Assembly (NCBI GenBank): GCA_030390025.1 | Contig: CM059452.1 | Coordinates: forward strand, 5,952,001 to 6,016,000 | Direction of reading: 5' to 3' | DNA: 64,000 bases | Origin: Squalus acanthias | Taxonomy: Eukaryota | Part shown: positions 60,722 to 64,000 of the stretch, piece by piece | Numbering within the stretch: the stretch's first letter is position 1 | Layout of the letters: every line of letters begins with the position of its first letter | Position numbers and translations under genes: made by a program | Notes under the pieces: model-generated | The model's input: the letters and a program-made list of their open reading frames with translations, nothing else | Told to the model about the DNA's origin: nothing | Database searches by the model: none

Positions 60722-61068
60722 GGTGGCATAGTGGTTAGCACTGGTGCCTCACAGCGCCAGGGACCCGGGTTCGAATCTGGCCTCGGGTGACTGTCTGTGT
60801 GGATGTTTGCACATTCTCCCCGTGTCTGCGTGGGTTTTCTCCGGGTGCTCCGGTTTCTTCCCACAGTCCAAAAATGTGCGGGTTAGGTTGATTTGGCTAT
60901 GATAAATTGACCCTTAGTGTTAGGGGGGATTAAATATGTGGGGTTACGGGGATAGGATGGGATATGTTAGGGGGAATTAAATACGTGGGGTTACGGGGAT
61001 AGGGTGGGATATGTGTCGGTGCAGGCTCGATGGGCCGAGATGGTCTATATCTGTACTGTGGGGATTCT
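60722..61068 (+). mobile_element. HE1-type V-SINE
   Basis: tRNA-like head (gtggcatagtgg..gggttcgaatc) and V-domain gtttgcacattctccccgtgtctgcgtgggtt..ccgggtgctccggtttc. Confidence 0.8.
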
Positions 61069-63035
61069 GTGTGAGAAAGCAGGGACAGGGTACTGGATTT
61101 GGATGATCAGCCATGATCGTATTGAATGGTGGAGCAGGCTCGACGGGCCGAATGGCCTACTCCTGCTCCTAGTTTCTGTGTTTCTATGCTGTTTGGCTGT
61201 CCGGTTTTATTCCTATTGGCCCAAAAATTGCAGTTGGCTGCGTAGCTGCGGAGTATGCCGCCGACCTAGAAAAAGAATACGTACTTACATTGTGCGTGGC
61301 CGAGTACGGAGACTTGCACTTCGAGGCTGCAGAGTTGTGCGCAGCCTATTACATCACAGAGGCCAGGAGCGCTGCGCACATCCTATGCGTAAGGCAAGAC
61401 ACGCCCACAAAAGCTGTCAATACTAAGCCACGCCCACAGAAACTCCTTCTAGTCTCTTCCAGTGAAATTACATTTAAACATTTTTTAGAAGCCTCTAAAA
61501 ACTTTTTTAAAAACTTGTATTTGATTGTGAAGTAATACCAGAAAGGTTAGCAATCCTTTAAGACGCACTCAAAGGAGTTCCAATGTTTTCCTGCAAGGGC
61601 GACTAACACATTCGAACATTTAATAAGCAGGTTTTAAGAGGACACTGAATGAAATGATCTTAAAGAGGTTTATGTGTCACAGCAAAGTTCAATGTGAATT
61701 AAAGTTCGTGGCTACAGCTAAAGTGCAGTGAATTGTCAGCAGGTCATTTTCACAATCATCCTCACTGTATAACTTCTATTAGATTTTGTAAATAACCCGC
61801 ATACATAATTTTGCTTTATTTTTTCCATCCACATCACAATTTATTAGTCCTTAGATATACAACTTCCTGCTTTGATACTCAGAAAAGCTCTAACAATGTT
61901 TTATATCTCCAACAAGTAATGTTGTTAGAATTCAGAGAGATTCCCCGCCATATTTTCAATGTTAATTTTCAGGCTTAAAATATGTAATTCAGACCTCATT
62001 TAGACTGGTAATAGTGAAATCTATTTTCTTTGTTATAAATGCATTATATTGTTTGTTCTGGTGAAAGGACAGAATTGGTCGCTGAAATCTGATAGATGTT
62101 CACTTTATTTTATTTTCTTATTCAACTTCCCAAGTAATTAAAATGAAACTCGACCGACAAAAAATGTTTGCTCCACCAAAACTTACACAATATACAGACA
62201 CAGATCCTCTTTTAAGATGTGAAACAGGCTCCTGCGCCTGCTTTCACAAACCGTCACATTTTCGGACGTAATTGCTGGGCAATTCGCCCAACTCTGCGCC
62301 AGCAATGAGTATTTCCCCGTTGGTGCGGATCATCTGTCAAGGCGTACCTTGACAGATCGCAAGTTCGGGATTTAACGCATGCGGAAATCCAGAACTTGTA
62401 GTACATTTCAAAGGCGGTATGATGGCATATTGTAAGCCAGAAAACCCACCGCAAAAACTTCCCCATTATACTCTGTCACAGCGGTTTGGTAGATCTGCGC
62501 GGCTTGCTAGGTCATTTCATAGGGAGTTAAAAGCCAACCACATTGCTGGGGGCTGGAGTCAAACATCGGCCAGACCGTCAAAAGTGAAATGGATGTTTTT
62601 TTTTATAACAATCTTGTAATTTCATAGCCGCCAGTACTGATACCACTTTTTAATTCCAGATTTATTTAAGGAACTGAAACTGAATTCCCTAGCTGCCAGT
62701 GGTGGGATTTGAATTCACAGATTATCATAAATCATTAGCTTATGATTCTGGACTACTGGTGTAGTAACATAACCGCTATGCTGCTGTCCCCGGTTAGTTT
62801 AATTGGTCCCGAAACATCTCACTTGGCAGGTACAGGTAATGCCGGGGAAATAGCCACAGTTTTAATCTCAAAAAGAACTTGTTGCTCATTTCAAACTGGA
62901 GATTTTGTTCTTGATTTCGCTGAAAATCTCGAACAAAGGATCTTTTCACGTAAGCAGACACGTAGCAACTACAGGAATGTTTTCTCTCTGGTCCATTGAC
63001 AGGGAGAATGGTTTGTGTTCATTAAACAGGGACAC

Positions 63036-63119
63036 ACCAGGGTGGCCGAGTGGTTCAGGTGTTGGATTTAAAATCCAAAGGACTGAGTGTTGACCTGGGT
63101 TCCAGCTCCGCTCCGGGTA
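63036..63119 (+). pseudogene. tRNA-Leu(UAA) pseudogene
   Basis: accagggtggccgagtgg..ttgga-tttaaaa-tccaa anticodon arm; degenerate T-loop (ggttccagctcc) and an acceptor-stem mismatch. Confidence 0.75.
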
Positions 63120-63299
63120 ATCCGCCTCTCAGTGTTGCTTCTCCTTTGTTGCGTAAGGATGTCACGTGATCTGGAGGCAAGGGGGTAAACGAGGTTGATG
63201 GGCAGATCAGCAATGATCTCATTGATATTCGGGGCAAGCCCGAGGGGCTGAATAGCCTCCTCCTGTTCCTATAGAAGAAGAATTTATATTAAAAGTACA

Positions 63300-64000
63300 G
63301 AGACGGAGAGGGACAGACGGAGAAAGAGGCAGAGGGAGAGAGAGAGAGAGAGAGAGAGAGACGGAGAGAGAGAGAGAGAGATATCGATTGACAGACAGAG
63401 CAAGAATTATCAATTTCCTACAGTAAAAATATAGGTTCAGCAGAGAAGGCCACAATCGCAGATCGGTTTAGGAGTTTGTTAAGGCGGGTAAATTGAGTTA
63501 AGTAACAGATCAGCGCTGATCGAATTGAATTCAGGCTCGAGGGTCTGGATGGTCTACTCCTGTTCCTAATGTTTCTAAAGAAGAATTTATCTTAAAAATA
63601 CATAGACAGAGAGAGACAGTTGGAAAAAGTGGCAGAGGGAAAGAAACAGAGGGAGACAGACAGTCAGAGAGGAACATAAAAAGAGAAGGATAGGCAGAGA
63701 GGAACAGAGCGAGAGAGAGTAACAGATAAGCAGGCAGAGAGGAACAGAGGAACAGAGGGAGAGAAAGAGGCATAGAGGAACAAACCGAGAGAGAGAGAGC
63801 GAGAGACAGNNNNNNNNNNNNNNNNNNNNNNNNNNNNNNNNNNNNNNNNNNNNNNNNNNNNNNNNNNNNNNNNNNNNNNNNNNNNNNNNNNNNNNNNNNN
63901 NNNNNNNNNNNNNNNNNNNNNNNNNNNNNNNNNNNNNNNNNGAGAGAGAGTGACGGACAAGCAGACAGAGAGGAACAGAGGGAGAGAGAGAGCGAGAGTC
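63300..64000. repeat. GA-rich low-complexity tract with assembly gap (63810-63941)
   Basis: (ga)n tracts and a run of N. Confidence 0.9.

Noticed and set aside
63036-63119. Functional tRNA-Leu
   Set aside because: Degenerate B-box/T-loop, acceptor-stem mismatch and no oligo-T terminator; kept as a pseudogene

Overview
Eukaryotic, repeat-rich DNA from a cartilaginous fish (shark-like; CR1 LINEs, HE1-type V-SINE) covering an antigen-receptor locus. From 8.9 to 26.6 kb on the + strand there is a complete, apparently intact immunoglobulin mu heavy-chain cluster: leader, VH, D, JH, Cmu1-4 with secretory tailpiece, TM1 and TM2. Its VH looks IgW-like, and it appears germline-joined to a D1 remnant that still carries a 22-bp RSS. 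About 6.5 kb downstream, with no assembly gap in between, is a dense TCR alpha/delta V array (33-47 kb; 11 V segments or relics on both strands, most defective). The array is followed by an intact NAR-TCR cassette: NAR-like V-D-J at 50.3-51.6 kb, then a leaderless supporting Vdelta with a CDR1 Cys at 55.7 kb. That V's 23-RSS has been amplified into a 60-bp tandem array. CTCF-like motifs, inverted duplications, minisatellites, LINE/SINE fragments, a tRNA-Leu pseudogene and two N gaps fill the rest. Family assignments come from motif recognition only; no database search was run.
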